Shown: positions 27,234 through 36,996, counted from the stretch's first letter. The stretch is 64,000 bases of DNA from Paracoccaceae bacterium (GCA_037190175.1 JBBCJM010000004.1:3164-67163), one strand, 5' to 3'. Notes: generated by a model not told the origin, from the letters alone. Numbers and translations are program-made.

Positions 27234-27872
27234 ATGATCGTTCTGCACGACTTCTGGCGGTCGTCGGCCGCGTGGCGGGTCAGGATCGGGCTGAACCTGC
27301 TGGGGCTGGACTACCGCGCCGTCTCGGTCACCCTGTCGAAGGGCGAGCAGTTCTCGCCCGCGCATCTGGCGGTGAACCCGCAGGGGCTGGTCCCGGCGCT
27401 GGAGATCGACGGGCTGGTGCTGACGCAATCGCTGGCGATCCTCGAATACCTCGACGAGACGCGGGGGCCGGCCTTCCTGCCCCCCGACGCCGCGGGCCGC
27501 GCCCGGGTCCGCGCGCTGGCCCATGCGGTGGCGATGGAGATCGCGCCGGTGGCCAACCTGCGCATCCGCAACCGGGTGGCCGAGATCACCCATGGCGAAG
27601 TGGCCGCCGAGGACTGGACGCGCGAGGTCATCCTGCGCGGCTTCGACGCGCTGGAGGTGATGCTGGGCCGCGGCGCCCCGCCCGGCCCCTATGCCCATGG
27701 CGAGAGCCCGGGCCTCGCGGACATCTGCCTGGTCCCCCAGTGCTACAACGCCCGGCGGGTGAGGCTGGACCTCGCCGCCTGGCCGCGGATCGCCGCTGTC
27801 GAGGCCGCGCTGGCCGAACATCCGGCCATCGCCGCCGCCCATGCCGACAAACACCGACCTCAGGGAGCCTGA
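27234..27872 (+). CDS. maiA: Maleylacetoacetate isomerase (zeta-class glutathione S-transferase)
   Basis: Internal ATG at 27234: [25 protein letters not shown]...[29 protein letters not shown]. The S-S-x-x-W-R-V-R-I motif is characteristic of GST zeta. Confidence 0.85.
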   Translation: MIVLHDFWRSSAAWRVRIGLNLLGLDYRAVSVTLSKGEQFSPAHLAVNPQGLVPALEIDGLVLTQSLAILEYLDETRGPAFLPPDAAGRARVRALAHAVAMEIAPVANLRIRNRVAEITHGEVAAEDWTREVILRGFDALEVMLGRGAPPGPYAHGESPGLADICLVPQCYNARRVRLDLAAWPRIAAVEAALAEHPAIAAAHADKHRPQGA

Positions 27873-27873
27873 C

Positions 27874-29049
27874 ATGACCGACATCGTGATCCTTTCCGGC
27901 GCGCGCACCGCCATCGGCACCTTCGGCGGCAGCCTGGCCGGCCTGCCGCCCATCGACACCGCCACCGTGGCGATGCGGGCGGCGCTGGCGCGGGCGGGGG
28001 TGGAGCCCGCGCAGATCGGCACCGTGGTCATGGGCCACGTCATCAACACCGAGCCGCGCGACATGTACCTCTCGCGCGTGGCCGCGCTGCAGGCGGGCGT
28101 GCCGGACGAGACCCCGGCGATGAACGTGAACCGCCTCTGCGGTTCCGGCGCGCAGGCCATCGTCTCGGCCGCGCAGGCGCTGATGCTGGGCGACGCCGAT
28201 TTCGCGCTGGCCGGCGGGGCCGAGGCGATGAGCCGCGCGCCCTATGCGCTCTCGGCCGCCCGCTTCGGCCAGAAGATGGGGGACACCAAGGCGGTCGACA
28301 TGATGACCGGCGCGCTGACCTGCCCCGTCGGCACCGGCCACATGGGGGTGACCGCCGAGAACGTGGCGGCCGAGCACGGCATCACCCGCGCGGCGCAGGA
28401 CGAATTCGCGCTGGAAAGCCAGCGCCGCGCCGCGGCGGCGATCGCCGAGGGGCGGTTCCGCGACCAGATCGCGCCGGTCGAGATCGCCGGGCGCAAGGGG
28501 GTGGTGGTCTTCGACACCGACGAACATCCCAAGGCCAGCACCGCCGAGGCGCTGGCGGGGCTGAAGCCGGTGTTCCAGAAGGACGGCACGGTGACCGCGG
28601 GCAACGCCAGCGGCATCAACGACGGCGCCGCGGCGCTGGTGCTGGCCCGGGCCGGGGCGGCGGAGAAGGCGGGGCTCAAGCCGCGCGCCCGCATCCTGGG
28701 CTATGCCCATGCCGGGGTGGCGCCGCGGGTGATGGGGATCGGCCCGGTGCCGGCGGTCCGCGCCCTGCTGGCGCGGACGGGGCTGGCCATCGCCGACTTC
28801 GACGTGATCGAATCGAACGAGGCCTTCGCGGCGCAGGCGCTGGCGGTCGCGGCGGAACTGGGCTTCGACCCCGCCCGGGTGAACCCCAACGGCGGGGCCA
28901 TCGCGCTGGGCCATCCGGTGGGGGCCACAGGGGCGATCATCACGGTGAAGGCGATGGCCGAGCTGGAACGCACCGGCGGCAGGCGGGCGCTGGTCACCAT
29001 GTGCATCGGCGGCGGCCAGGGCATCGCGCTGGCCATCGAGCGGGTCTAG
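27874..29049 (+). CDS. Acetyl-CoA C-acetyltransferase (thiolase II)
   Basis: ATG at 27874 after AGGGAG. NRLCGSG (active-site Cys), [11 protein letters not shown], and the C-terminal CIGGGQG signature. Confidence 0.95.
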   Translation: MTDIVILSGARTAIGTFGGSLAGLPPIDTATVAMRAALARAGVEPAQIGTVVMGHVINTEPRDMYLSRVAALQAGVPDETPAMNVNRLCGSGAQAIVSAAQALMLGDADFALAGGAEAMSRAPYALSAARFGQKMGDTKAVDMMTGALTCPVGTGHMGVTAENVAAEHGITRAAQDEFALESQRRAAAAIAEGRFRDQIAPVEIAGRKGVVVFDTDEHPKASTAEALAGLKPVFQKDGTVTAGNASGINDGAAALVLARAGAAEKAGLKPRARILGYAHAGVAPRVMGIGPVPAVRALLARTGLAIADFDVIESNEAFAAQALAVAAELGFDPARVNPNGGAIALGHPVGATGAIITVKAMAELERTGGRRALVTMCIGGGQGIALAIERV

Positions 29050-29161
29050 AGCGGGATCGGTTCAGGCGGAATCGCCGGCAGGAAGGGCGCCTCCGCTCCC
29101 CACCAGGGGGAGGGAGGCGTGAGGCTTCATCCGGTGGTTCCGCCTGAGGCGATCCTGTCCG

Positions 29162-29186
29162 GGGAACGCCCGCGCCGGGGGTTCCC
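29162..29186. terminator. Hairpin between convergent gene ends (possible bidirectional terminator)
   Basis: GGGAAC-g-CCCG-cgc-CGGG-g-GTTCCC. It lies between the thiolase stop (29049) and the stop of the minus-strand gene at 29206. There is no U-tract. Confidence 0.35.
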
Positions 29187-29205
29187 ACCCCCGGCGCCTT
29201 CGCCG

Positions 29206-30717
29206 TCACATCGGCAGGCGCATCCCGTTGGCGAAGATCCCGCCGTCCTTGAACTCGATGGTCGAGGTCAGCGAATCCGGGGTGGGGCCGGGGCGGGCGA
29301 AGACGCCCAGCATCATCCGCACCCCCATCACCTGGTCCTCGGGCAGAAGCCCCATCGCCACCAGCTTGTCCAGGAGCGTGTTGGCCCCGGTCAGCGACAG
29401 GTTGATGCTGCCCGAGGGCGCCGGCATTCCGCCGAAGGTCATCAGGTCGGTGTTGTCGAAGGTCAGCGCGCCGTTGCCGGTCAGCTCGGCCCCGGCGAGG
29501 CGGAACAGCAGTTCCGGCAGGTCCAGCGCGTCCAGCTGGGCGGGCGGCATGGTGGACTGCATCGCCTGCTCGTCCAGGATGTCGGCCATCAGCGTGGCCT
29601 TGCCGCGGGCATCGACCACCAGCGAGGCGGGATCGCGCGCCAGGCTGCCCATGGGATCGACCATGCCCCAGAGCTCATCCGAGACCGACAGGTCGATCAG
29701 CCGGATCGCCGCCACGAAGTCCTGCGGCGAGGGGCCCTTGGCCAGCGGCATCAGGAAATCCACCGCCGCCTCGGAATAGCGCAGCGCCAGTTCCGGGAAG
29801 GGGATGTCGCCGCCGGAGGCCACGATCTCCACCCCCTTGCCGCCGCCGCGATAGGCCATGCGGGTGCGGTCCATGGCGAAGCCCAGGTTGCCGCCGTCGG
29901 ACTTGCCGCGGATGTCGGTGCGGGTGCCGGCGTCCAGCACCATCATCGTGTAGCCGACCGGCCCGAAGGTCATCGCGAAATCGACGGCCAGCCCGGCGGC
30001 GAAGGCGTCATAGGGGTTCTCGTGCGCCATCATCGCCGCGCCGAAGGTGCCCGACGACACCGTGGCCAGTTGCGCGACCGAACCCTCCACCTGCGCCTCG
30101 TTACCGTTCGTGGGGTCGGTGAAGGCGAAGGACAGCGCCACGTTGCCAGCGTTGAAGGAGGAGGCGAGGTCCATCACCTCGCCGGGCCGGCGGGTGATCA
30201 GGTAGTTGCCGCCCGCCGCGTCCAGCGCCAGGCTCAGCTTCATCGGCACCGCCTGCCCCGCCTCGGTCACCCCGGTGGTGGCCATCGAGATCGCCTCGGC
30301 GGTGAAGTCGTAGCTGGTGCTGTCGGGCGAGCCGGCGGCGATCATCCGCAGGTTCCGCTGCAGCATCTCGAGGTTGATCGCCACCTCGTCGCCGCCGGGG
30401 TTGGTGAGGCGGATCGCCAGCGGATAGCTGGGCGACATGGTGATCTCGACCCGCCCGTCGCCGGTCTCGCGGAAGCGCACCTCCTCCAGCGTGCCGGTCA
30501 CGGTGACATCGGGCTCGGTCGCGGTGAAGCTGAGGCCCGTGACCACCAGCGTGTCGCCCTGCATGGCCTCGCCGGCCGCGGTCACGGTCTGGCCGGTGGT
30601 GGCCGCCATGTCCTTCCAGTTCTGCCAGACCTGCGCGGCGGAGACCTGCGCCTGGACCGAGGTGGAGGACAGGAGCACGCAGAAAAGCGAGCCCCCCAGC
30701 CAGACGCGCGGTGCCAT
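29206..30717 (-). CDS. Secreted hypothetical protein, DUF2125-like
   Basis: ATG at 30717 gives signal peptide MAPRVWLGGSLFCVLLSSTSVQAQ. About 500 aa, Gly/Ala/Thr-rich, no catalytic motif. My recollection is that this resembles Rhodobacterales DUF2125 proteins. Confidence 0.55.
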   Translation of the reverse strand: MAPRVWLGGSLFCVLLSSTSVQAQVSAAQVWQNWKDMAATTGQTVTAAGEAMQGDTLVVTGLSFTATEPDVTVTGTLEEVRFRETGDGRVEITMSPSYPLAIRLTNPGGDEVAINLEMLQRNLRMIAAGSPDSTSYDFTAEAISMATTGVTEAGQAVPMKLSLALDAAGGNYLITRRPGEVMDLASSFNAGNVALSFAFTDPTNGNEAQVEGSVAQLATVSSGTFGAAMMAHENPYDAFAAGLAVDFAMTFGPVGYTMMVLDAGTRTDIRGKSDGGNLGFAMDRTRMAYRGGGKGVEIVASGGDIPFPELALRYSEAAVDFLMPLAKGPSPQDFVAAIRLIDLSVSDELWGMVDPMGSLARDPASLVVDARGKATLMADILDEQAMQSTMPPAQLDALDLPELLFRLAGAELTGNGALTFDNTDLMTFGGMPAPSGSINLSLTGANTLLDKLVAMGLLPEDQVMGVRMMLGVFARPGPTPDSLTSTIEFKDGGIFANGMRLPM

Positions 30718-30843
30718 GATGGAAACCTTCCCTGAAGCGAAATTTGCGCAAAGCATCGGGCCAGCCGCGCGGGCGGTCAAGGATTTCCTGCGGGGCGCGC
30801 GGCCTGTCCGGCCGGGGCGCCGTTCCCTCGCGCGCGGGAATGC

Positions 30844-32427
30844 TCAGGCCGTGCCGGTGGGGCCGGGAACGCGGTCCACCAGGTCGATCTCCATCCGCGC
30901 CAGCGCGAGCAGAAGGTCGGCCCGCACCCCCGCGCTGCCGGGATCGTCCCAGAGGTTGACGTATTCGCCCGGGTCGGTCTCCAGGTCGTAGAGTTCCCCG
31001 TCCTCCGCCCCGTCATAGAGCGTCAGTCGCCAGCGTTTGCCGGCCAGGGTGTGGACGCGCGGCGGGCGGCCCAGCCGGCGGTCGGTGCGCTGGTTCTCGT
31101 ACTGGATCAGGGCGAAGTCCCGCACCGCCGTCCCCGCCATGGCGGGGCCCAGCGGCAGGCCCTGCAACCCGGCGCAGGGCTCGACCATCGCCCGGTCCAG
31201 GATCGTCGGCCCGATGTCCATGGTCGATCCGACCTCTTCCGTCACCCTGCCGCCGGGCCGGGCGGGATCGCACCAGATGAAGGGCACGCGGATCACCTGG
31301 CGATAGGGCTCGCTCCCCTTCAGCAGCAGCCGGTGGTCGCCCAGGTTGTCGCCGTGGTCCGAGGTGAAGGCGACCACCGTGTCCTCGGCCAGGCCCAGCG
31401 CCCGCAGTTCCGCCAGGATGGCGCCCACCGCATCGTCGATCATGGTGATCATGCCGCAGGTCAGGGCGCGCACCTCCTGCGCCTCGCGCGCGGTGCAGGC
31501 GATGGTGCGGGTGCCGCCGAGATTGGCCTTGCCGGCCGCCCGCTGTTGCAGCGCATCGCGGACGGCGGGCGACATCTGCCAGTCGTTGCGGGCGAAGGCG
31601 TCGGGGATCTCCATCTCGTCGGGGTCGTACATGTCCCAGTACCGCCCGGGCGGGTTGAAGGGATGGTGCGGGTCGGGGAACGAGACGAAGAGGAAGAACG
31701 GCTCGGCCCGGCCGGCCCGGCGGCGCAGGTAGTCCACCGCCTCGCCCGCGACATAGCTGGTGGGATAAAGCTCCTCCGGCAGCGCGGTGCGGACGGCCTG
31801 GGGGCAGGAATAGCCGTGCGGCAGCTGGTTCTGCGGCCCCGTCAGCCTGTCGGCATCCGGCCGCCGCGCCAGCAGCCAGCGCCGGTAATGGCCGACCAGG
31901 CTGTCGCCGTGGTTGGTCACCAGCGCCACATGGCCGAAGCCGTGGAACGGCAGCGGCACATCCGCCGCGGGGTCCTGCCAGTGGCTGGGGCGTTCCACAT
32001 CGTAGACGGGGTGGCGCAGGTCGTGGCGGATCGCCTCCTCCAGTCCCGGCGAGGGCCGGTGAAACCCCTCGCGCAGCGGGGGCCGGTCGACCGCCGGGGG
32101 GTTGTCGGTGATGTTGCCCAGATGGCTTTTCCCGACCAGCGCGGTGTCGTAGCCGGCATCGGCCAGAAGTTCCACGAAGGTGACGTTGCGCCGGTCCAGC
32201 GGGATGCCGTTGTGCCGCACCCCGTGCGAGGACGGCATCCGCCCGGTCATGAAGCTGGCGCGGTTGGGCTGGCAGACCGGGCTGTTGACGAAGAACCGCT
32301 CGAACCGGGTGCCGCGGTCGGCCAGCCCGTCGATATGCGGCGTGCGCACCACCGGATGGCCATAGCAGCCCAGGAAATCCGCCCGCAGCTGGTCGGTCAT
32401 GATGACGACGAAGTTCGGGCGGGGCAT
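30844..32427 (-). CDS. Sulfatase family protein (arylsulfatase-like), no signal peptide
   Basis: MPRPNFVVIMTDQLRAD..., SPVCQPNRASFMTGR (C-x-P-x-R formylglycine motif, Cys52), GKSHLG. 527 aa. Confidence 0.9.
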   Translation of the reverse strand: MPRPNFVVIMTDQLRADFLGCYGHPVVRTPHIDGLADRGTRFERFFVNSPVCQPNRASFMTGRMPSSHGVRHNGIPLDRRNVTFVELLADAGYDTALVGKSHLGNITDNPPAVDRPPLREGFHRPSPGLEEAIRHDLRHPVYDVERPSHWQDPAADVPLPFHGFGHVALVTNHGDSLVGHYRRWLLARRPDADRLTGPQNQLPHGYSCPQAVRTALPEELYPTSYVAGEAVDYLRRRAGRAEPFFLFVSFPDPHHPFNPPGRYWDMYDPDEMEIPDAFARNDWQMSPAVRDALQQRAAGKANLGGTRTIACTAREAQEVRALTCGMITMIDDAVGAILAELRALGLAEDTVVAFTSDHGDNLGDHRLLLKGSEPYRQVIRVPFIWCDPARPGGRVTEEVGSTMDIGPTILDRAMVEPCAGLQGLPLGPAMAGTAVRDFALIQYENQRTDRRLGRPPRVHTLAGKRWRLTLYDGAEDGELYDLETDPGEYVNLWDDPGSAGVRADLLLALARMEIDLVDRVPGPTGTA

Positions 32428-32437
32428 GATCCCTCCT

Positions 32438-33901
32438 TCAGCCCAGGATGACGTTGACCGCCTTTTCCTCGGTATAGGACAGCAGTTCGTCCAGGCTTTC
32501 CTCTCGGCCGTGGCCGCTGTTCCTGTAGCCGCCGAAGGGCACGCCCCTGTAGCGGCCGGCGGTGCCGTTCACCCAGACATGGCCCGATTGCAGGCGCCGC
32601 GCGGTGTGCAGCGCCCGGCCCAGGTCGCGGGTCCAGACGGCGCCGGTCAGGCCGTAGTGCAGCGAGTTGGCGATGGCCACCGTTTCCTCCAGATCGCTCC
32701 ACCGGAAGACGGCGAGCACCGGCCCGAACACCTCCTCGCGGGCAAGCTGCATCTCGGGCGTCACATCGGCGAAGATCGTCGGTTCCACCCAGAACCCCCG
32801 CGCGAACTGGGCGCCGGGGGGCCTTTTGCCGCCGGTCACCAGCCGCGCGCCCTCGGCCCGGGCGGCCTCGATATGCGACATGACCTTCTCGTACTGCGCC
32901 CGCGAGTTGACCGGCCCCATCTGCGTGTCGTCCGCCATGGGGTCGCCCACCCGCAGCCGCGACACCCTGCCGGCCAGGTCGGCCAGGAAGCGGTCGTGCA
33001 GATCCTCGTGCAGGAACAGCCGGGTGATCGAGCTGCAGGACTGGCCCGTGACGCCCAGGTTCATCCCCGCCACGGCGGCGGCCAGCGCCCGGTCGTAGTC
33101 GGCGTCGGGAAAGACGCTCATCGGGTTCTTGCCGCCCAGTTCCAGCGTGACCGCCTTCACCGCGCCCTCGGCCGCGATCCGCTGCACCGCCATCCCGGTC
33201 TGGACCGAGCCGGTGAAGGCCAGCCGCTTGACCCGCGGATGGCGGGCCAGCGCCGCCCCGGCCTCGGCCCCCGTGCCGGTGACGATGTTCAGCACCCCGG
33301 GCGGCAGCACCTCGGCGGCCATCCGGGCCAGGATGCCGGCCGACAGCGGGCTCTGGTCCGAGGGCTTCCCGACCATCGTGTTGCCGGCGATCAGCGGGGC
33401 GGCCATGCGCGAGGCCGCGAAGTTGATGGGGTGGTTGAACGGCATGATCCGCCCCACCACGCCATAGGGCTCGCGCAGGGTGAAATGCAGGTTGCCGGCG
33501 GTGGCGGGGATCGTGCTGCCCTTCAGCTCGCCCCCCAGCCCGGCGAAGAGCCGGATCTGCGCGCTGGCCTTGCCGACATCGGCGCGCATCTTGGCGATGG
33601 TGTTGCCGGTGTCCAGAACCTCGATCCGCAGGATGTCGGCGGCGCGCGCCTCCAGCGCATCGGCCACGCGGTGCAGATAGCCGGCGCGTTCCGCGATGGA
33701 GAGCGCCGCCCAGCCGGGCTGCGCCTTCTCGGCCGCCGCCACCGCCCGGTCCACGTCCTGCGCGGTTCCCTGCGGCACGCGGCCGAGCACTTCCTCGGTA
33801 GCGGGATCGATGGAGTCCATCCAGCGGCCGCTCTCGCTGGCCACCAGATCTCCGCCGATCAGCATGGGCATGTCGCCGATGGGGCCCCGGGACTCGGTCA
33901 T
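32438..33901 (-). CDS. Aldehyde dehydrogenase family protein
   Basis: 487 aa. ELGGKNP (catalytic Glu), GQSCSSITR (catalytic Cys), FTGSV. Confidence 0.95.
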   Translation of the reverse strand: MTESRGPIGDMPMLIGGDLVASESGRWMDSIDPATEEVLGRVPQGTAQDVDRAVAAAEKAQPGWAALSIAERAGYLHRVADALEARAADILRIEVLDTGNTIAKMRADVGKASAQIRLFAGLGGELKGSTIPATAGNLHFTLREPYGVVGRIMPFNHPINFAASRMAAPLIAGNTMVGKPSDQSPLSAGILARMAAEVLPPGVLNIVTGTGAEAGAALARHPRVKRLAFTGSVQTGMAVQRIAAEGAVKAVTLELGGKNPMSVFPDADYDRALAAAVAGMNLGVTGQSCSSITRLFLHEDLHDRFLADLAGRVSRLRVGDPMADDTQMGPVNSRAQYEKVMSHIEAARAEGARLVTGGKRPPGAQFARGFWVEPTIFADVTPEMQLAREEVFGPVLAVFRWSDLEETVAIANSLHYGLTGAVWTRDLGRALHTARRLQSGHVWVNGTAGRYRGVPFGGYRNSGHGREESLDELLSYTEEKAVNVILG

Positions 33902-33911
33902 CGTGATGCTC

Positions 33912-34670
33912 CTACGGGGACCGCGCCGCCTTGACCCGGGACTTCAGGTACTGCCACGGCCGGTCGGCGTCGAAGTTCTCGGTGGCGTTCAGCGCCAGTT
34001 CGTCCTCGTTCATCGCCGTGATCGGGCCCAGCGTCATGCCCGCGAACTGCGCCCGGGCGTTGATGTTGACATAGACCGTGCGGACCGTCGCCTCCTTGGC
34101 CGAGCGGCCCACCACCGTGTTGCCGTGCCCGCGCATCAGCACCGCCGGATGGTCGCCCAGGCATTCCGCCAGCGAGGCCGCCAGCTTCGCGTCGCGCACC
34201 AGCATTCCCTTCTGGGCGTGATCGCGGTTGGCGTCGCGGATCTCGAACAGCGGCGTCTCGGCGGGCAGGAAGCCGGCCTGCGCCACCACCGGCCGCAAGG
34301 GCACGTTGGCGATGCCGAAGGGGATGGTGGCCAGGTCGTGGGTATGGATGACGCACTGGACCTCCGGCCGCACCTTGTAGATGCCGCTGTGGATGAACCG
34401 CTCTCCGTTCAGCCGCGGGGCGTCGGGATCGACGGGTTTCGCCTCCATGTCGAGCTCGACGATATCGGCCCGCGAGACCAGCGCCGGCGGCATCGCGCGC
34501 GGCATGAAGAACCGTGCGGGGTCGCGCGCCGATCTCACCGTCACGTGGCCGAAACTGTCCAGGATGCCCTCGTTGGCCAGGATATGGCTGGCGGTGATGA
34601 GGTCGGCGATGCGTTCCTCGTCCGAGGCGGCCCATCCGGCCTTGGTGTCGTGGCCCGGTCGTGTTCCCAA
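33912..34670 (-). CDS. Class II aldolase/adducin family protein
   Basis: TTG start preceded by AGGAGGAG. GHVTVR, VIHTHD, MRGHGNTVVG. 252 aa. Confidence 0.85.
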   Translation of the reverse strand: MGTRPGHDTKAGWAASDEERIADLITASHILANEGILDSFGHVTVRSARDPARFFMPRAMPPALVSRADIVELDMEAKPVDPDAPRLNGERFIHSGIYKVRPEVQCVIHTHDLATIPFGIANVPLRPVVAQAGFLPAETPLFEIRDANRDHAQKGMLVRDAKLAASLAECLGDHPAVLMRGHGNTVVGRSAKEATVRTVYVNINARAQFAGMTLGPITAMNEDELALNATENFDADRPWQYLKSRVKAARSP

Positions 34671-34697
34671 GATCTCCTCCTGTTCTGTCCGTGCCCG

Positions 34698-35099
34698 CTA
34701 GAGCGAAGCCATGGCCTCGGCGCCCGCGATCGCCGCGGCCTCGTCGTCGTCGCCGATGCCCGAGACGCCGATGCCGCCCACGATCTGGCCCTTGTGGAAC
34801 AGCGGGATCCCCCCGGCGACAGCGACCGCCCCGGGATAGGTCAGGAAACCCGGCTTCTCCTTCACCCGCTCCTGCAGGGTCGCCGACGGGCGTTCGCGGA
34901 AGGCGGCGGTGCGGGCCTTGCCCACCGCCATGTCGACGGAATTGCCCGGCTGGTGGTCGGGCCGTTCGAGGTAGAGCAGCAGCCCGGCATCGTCCACCAC
35001 CGCGATGGTCGCCGGCTTGACGATCTCGACGGCCTTCCTGCGGGCGGCGTCCACGATGATCGCCACGTCTTCCAGCGTCAGGCAGGTCTTGGTGCGCAT
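34698..35099 (-). CDS. GlcG/HbpS-like (DUF336) heme-binding-type protein
   Basis: Internal ATG at 35099: MRTKTCLTLEDVAIIVDAARRKAVEIVKPATIAVVDDAGLLLYLERPD...GGIPLFHKGQIVGGIGVSG. Confidence 0.8.
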   Translation of the reverse strand: MRTKTCLTLEDVAIIVDAARRKAVEIVKPATIAVVDDAGLLLYLERPDHQPGNSVDMAVGKARTAAFRERPSATLQERVKEKPGFLTYPGAVAVAGGIPLFHKGQIVGGIGVSGIGDDDEAAAIAGAEAMASL

Positions 35100-35112
35100 G
35101 TTCCGTTCCTTT

Positions 35113-36564
35113 TCAGCGGGCGGCCCTGGCCCGCGCCTCTTCGATGATCGCCGCGGCCGCCTCGGCCACGATGCCCGCCCCCTGCACCTGGCCGGCAATC
35201 GCCCGGGCCTGGCGGTCATAGTCCTGCCAGAGCGCGCGGATGCCCGCGAAGTCGAAGGTGGTGGGCATGAGGGTCCTGCCCAGCACGACATCCATCACCG
35301 CCCCGGTGTCGAGGTCGAAGTCGCGCCCGGTCTCGGCCTTCAGCGCGGCGTTGAGGTCGGGGATCGGCTCGCCCGCCATATGCGCGCGCGCCATCCGGCC
35401 CAGCACGGCATGGCCCACGCGGAACGGCACCCCGTGTTCGTAGACCAGCATGTCATGCGCCTCGCTCGATCCGGCATAGTCGAGCACCGCCTTGCGCCGC
35501 ATCTCCTCCAGGTTGAACTCGCCGTCGCGGATGACCTCGGCCATGTAGCGGGTGAAGGCCACGATATCCCACGCGGCCTGGTAGAGCGTGCCGGACTGGT
35601 AGATTGCCTCGGACCCTTCGGAAGGGCTGCCCGCGGCGGCGGACATCTCGCCCGACAGGCGGTTGGCGGCCAGGATGGCGCCGCCGATGACCGACTGGAA
35701 CCCGAAGGGCACCCGGGCATGGGGCAGGGCGCTGCTGCCGCCGGTGTGGTGGCCGGCGGGGGCGAAGAGGTCGAACTCGGGCGTCATCCAGATCCGCAGG
35801 TCCTGCGCCAGCCGGGCCAGATCCACGGCCAGCGCGGTCAGGCCGAAGAACGGCTCGGAGAACTGGGTGTTCATCCAGATCCCGTCGCGCCGCAGCTGGG
35901 CCCGCCGGGTGAAGCCCAGCCGCCTGGCCACCGTGTCGAACAGCGCCCGCACCTCGGACCGCGAGCCCAGGAAGGAGGGGCCGTAGTCCAGCCGGCGGTC
36001 GATCTCTTCCAGCCGGTCGATGTGGTCGAACATCCGCGGCACCCAGGACATCAGGTATTCGCCCACCGTGGCAAAGCCCGAATGCTGCAGGTGGTGGTAG
36101 TTGGGGGTCAGCGCCTCCATCAGCGGCTCGGCGCGGTCCAGCAGGATGCGGATCATCGCGCCGACTTCCTGCCGCGCCTCGTGCAGGGTCTGGCGGAAAT
36201 AGAGCCGCGGCAGGTAGTTGCGCAGGCTTTCCCCCCGGTTGCGGCCCAGGTGCAGCCAGGCGGCGTGCTGCGGCCCGGCCTGTTCGCGCATCCAGGCTTC
36301 GCGCTGGGCGACGATATCGCCGGGCGGCACGGAGAAGTCGCGGCTCGCCAGCCCGTCGAGGTTCGCCAGCACCCCCTTCAGCAGCACCTGCGCCGTGTCC
36401 TCCGGCGTCAGGCCCAGGTCGGCGGCGGTCAGCACATAGGCCAGGTCGCTGACCAGCATGTGCCGCGCCGTGAAGCGGCTGGCGCGCGTTTCGATCTCGT
36501 TCACCGCGCGGACATAGGACGGGGCCTTCGCCCCGGGGCTCCTGCCCTTGTTTTCCTCGGCCAT
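35113..36564 (-). CDS. Aspartase/fumarase-superfamily protein, argininosuccinate-lyase-like, with degenerate catalytic-loop signature
   Basis: 483 aa. PNYHHLQHSGFATVGEYL aligns to ASL GYTHLQRAQP. LARLAQDLRIWMTPEFDLF...TGGSSALPHARVP aligns to ASL LSRLAEDL....SEFGF...TGSSxMPQKKNP. SD GGGGGAAGGGAG. Confidence 0.7.
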   Translation of the reverse strand: MAEENKGRSPGAKAPSYVRAVNEIETRASRFTARHMLVSDLAYVLTAADLGLTPEDTAQVLLKGVLANLDGLASRDFSVPPGDIVAQREAWMREQAGPQHAAWLHLGRNRGESLRNYLPRLYFRQTLHEARQEVGAMIRILLDRAEPLMEALTPNYHHLQHSGFATVGEYLMSWVPRMFDHIDRLEEIDRRLDYGPSFLGSRSEVRALFDTVARRLGFTRRAQLRRDGIWMNTQFSEPFFGLTALAVDLARLAQDLRIWMTPEFDLFAPAGHHTGGSSALPHARVPFGFQSVIGGAILAANRLSGEMSAAAGSPSEGSEAIYQSGTLYQAAWDIVAFTRYMAEVIRDGEFNLEEMRRKAVLDYAGSSEAHDMLVYEHGVPFRVGHAVLGRMARAHMAGEPIPDLNAALKAETGRDFDLDTGAVMDVVLGRTLMPTTFDFAGIRALWQDYDRQARAIAGQVQGAGIVAEAAAAIIEEARARAAR

Positions 36565-36579
36565 GGCTCCCTTCCCCCT

Positions 36580-36996
36580 TCACTCGCCCCCGGAAAGCGC
36601 CTCGGTCAGCACCCGGGCGGCGTACAGCGCCACCACCTCGTCCTCCTCGGCGATGCCCGAGACGCCGATGGCGCCGATGCAGGTCTCGCCGAAGAAGATG
36701 GGCGCGCCCCCTTCCAGCGAGATGTAGTTGGGCGCCGTCAGGTAGCCCGGCTTGGTCTTCACCCGCTCGGCCAGCGTGCCGCTGGGCCGGCCGCGCAGCG
36801 CGGCGGTGCGGGCCTTGGCGGCGGACATCTCGACGGTGTTCACCCCGTTGACCTCGGGCCGCTCCAGATACAGCAGATGGCCCGCCGCATCGCAGACGGC
36901 GATGGTCGGCCGGTTCTGCTTCTGCGCGGCATGGTCCTTGGCGGCCTTGACGATGCGGGCCACGTCTTCGGCATCGAGGGTGGGGGACATGAACAT
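36580..36996 (-). CDS. GlcG/HbpS-like (DUF336) protein, second copy
   Basis: 138 aa: LDAEDVARIVKAAKDHAAQKQNRPTIAVCDAAGHLLYLERPE...GGAPIFFGETCIGAIGVSG. SD GGAGGAG. Confidence 0.8.
   Translation of the reverse strand: MFMSPTLDAEDVARIVKAAKDHAAQKQNRPTIAVCDAAGHLLYLERPEVNGVNTVEMSAAKARTAALRGRPSGTLAERVKTKPGYLTAPNYISLEGGAPIFFGETCIGAIGVSGIAEEDEVVALYAARVLTEALSGGE

Noticed and set aside
25938-28160. 740-aa minus-strand ORF, with its plus-strand 571-aa counterpart at 26162..27877
   Set aside because: They overlap the MFS transporter, maiA and thiolase genes in other frames or on the other strand. Both are low-complexity Arg/Gly/Ala/Pro sequence.
23742-29049. Calling this a complete homogentisate degradation cluster
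   Set aside because: fahA and maiA are present, but homogentisate 1,2-dioxygenase and 4-hydroxyphenylpyruvate dioxygenase are not in the window.
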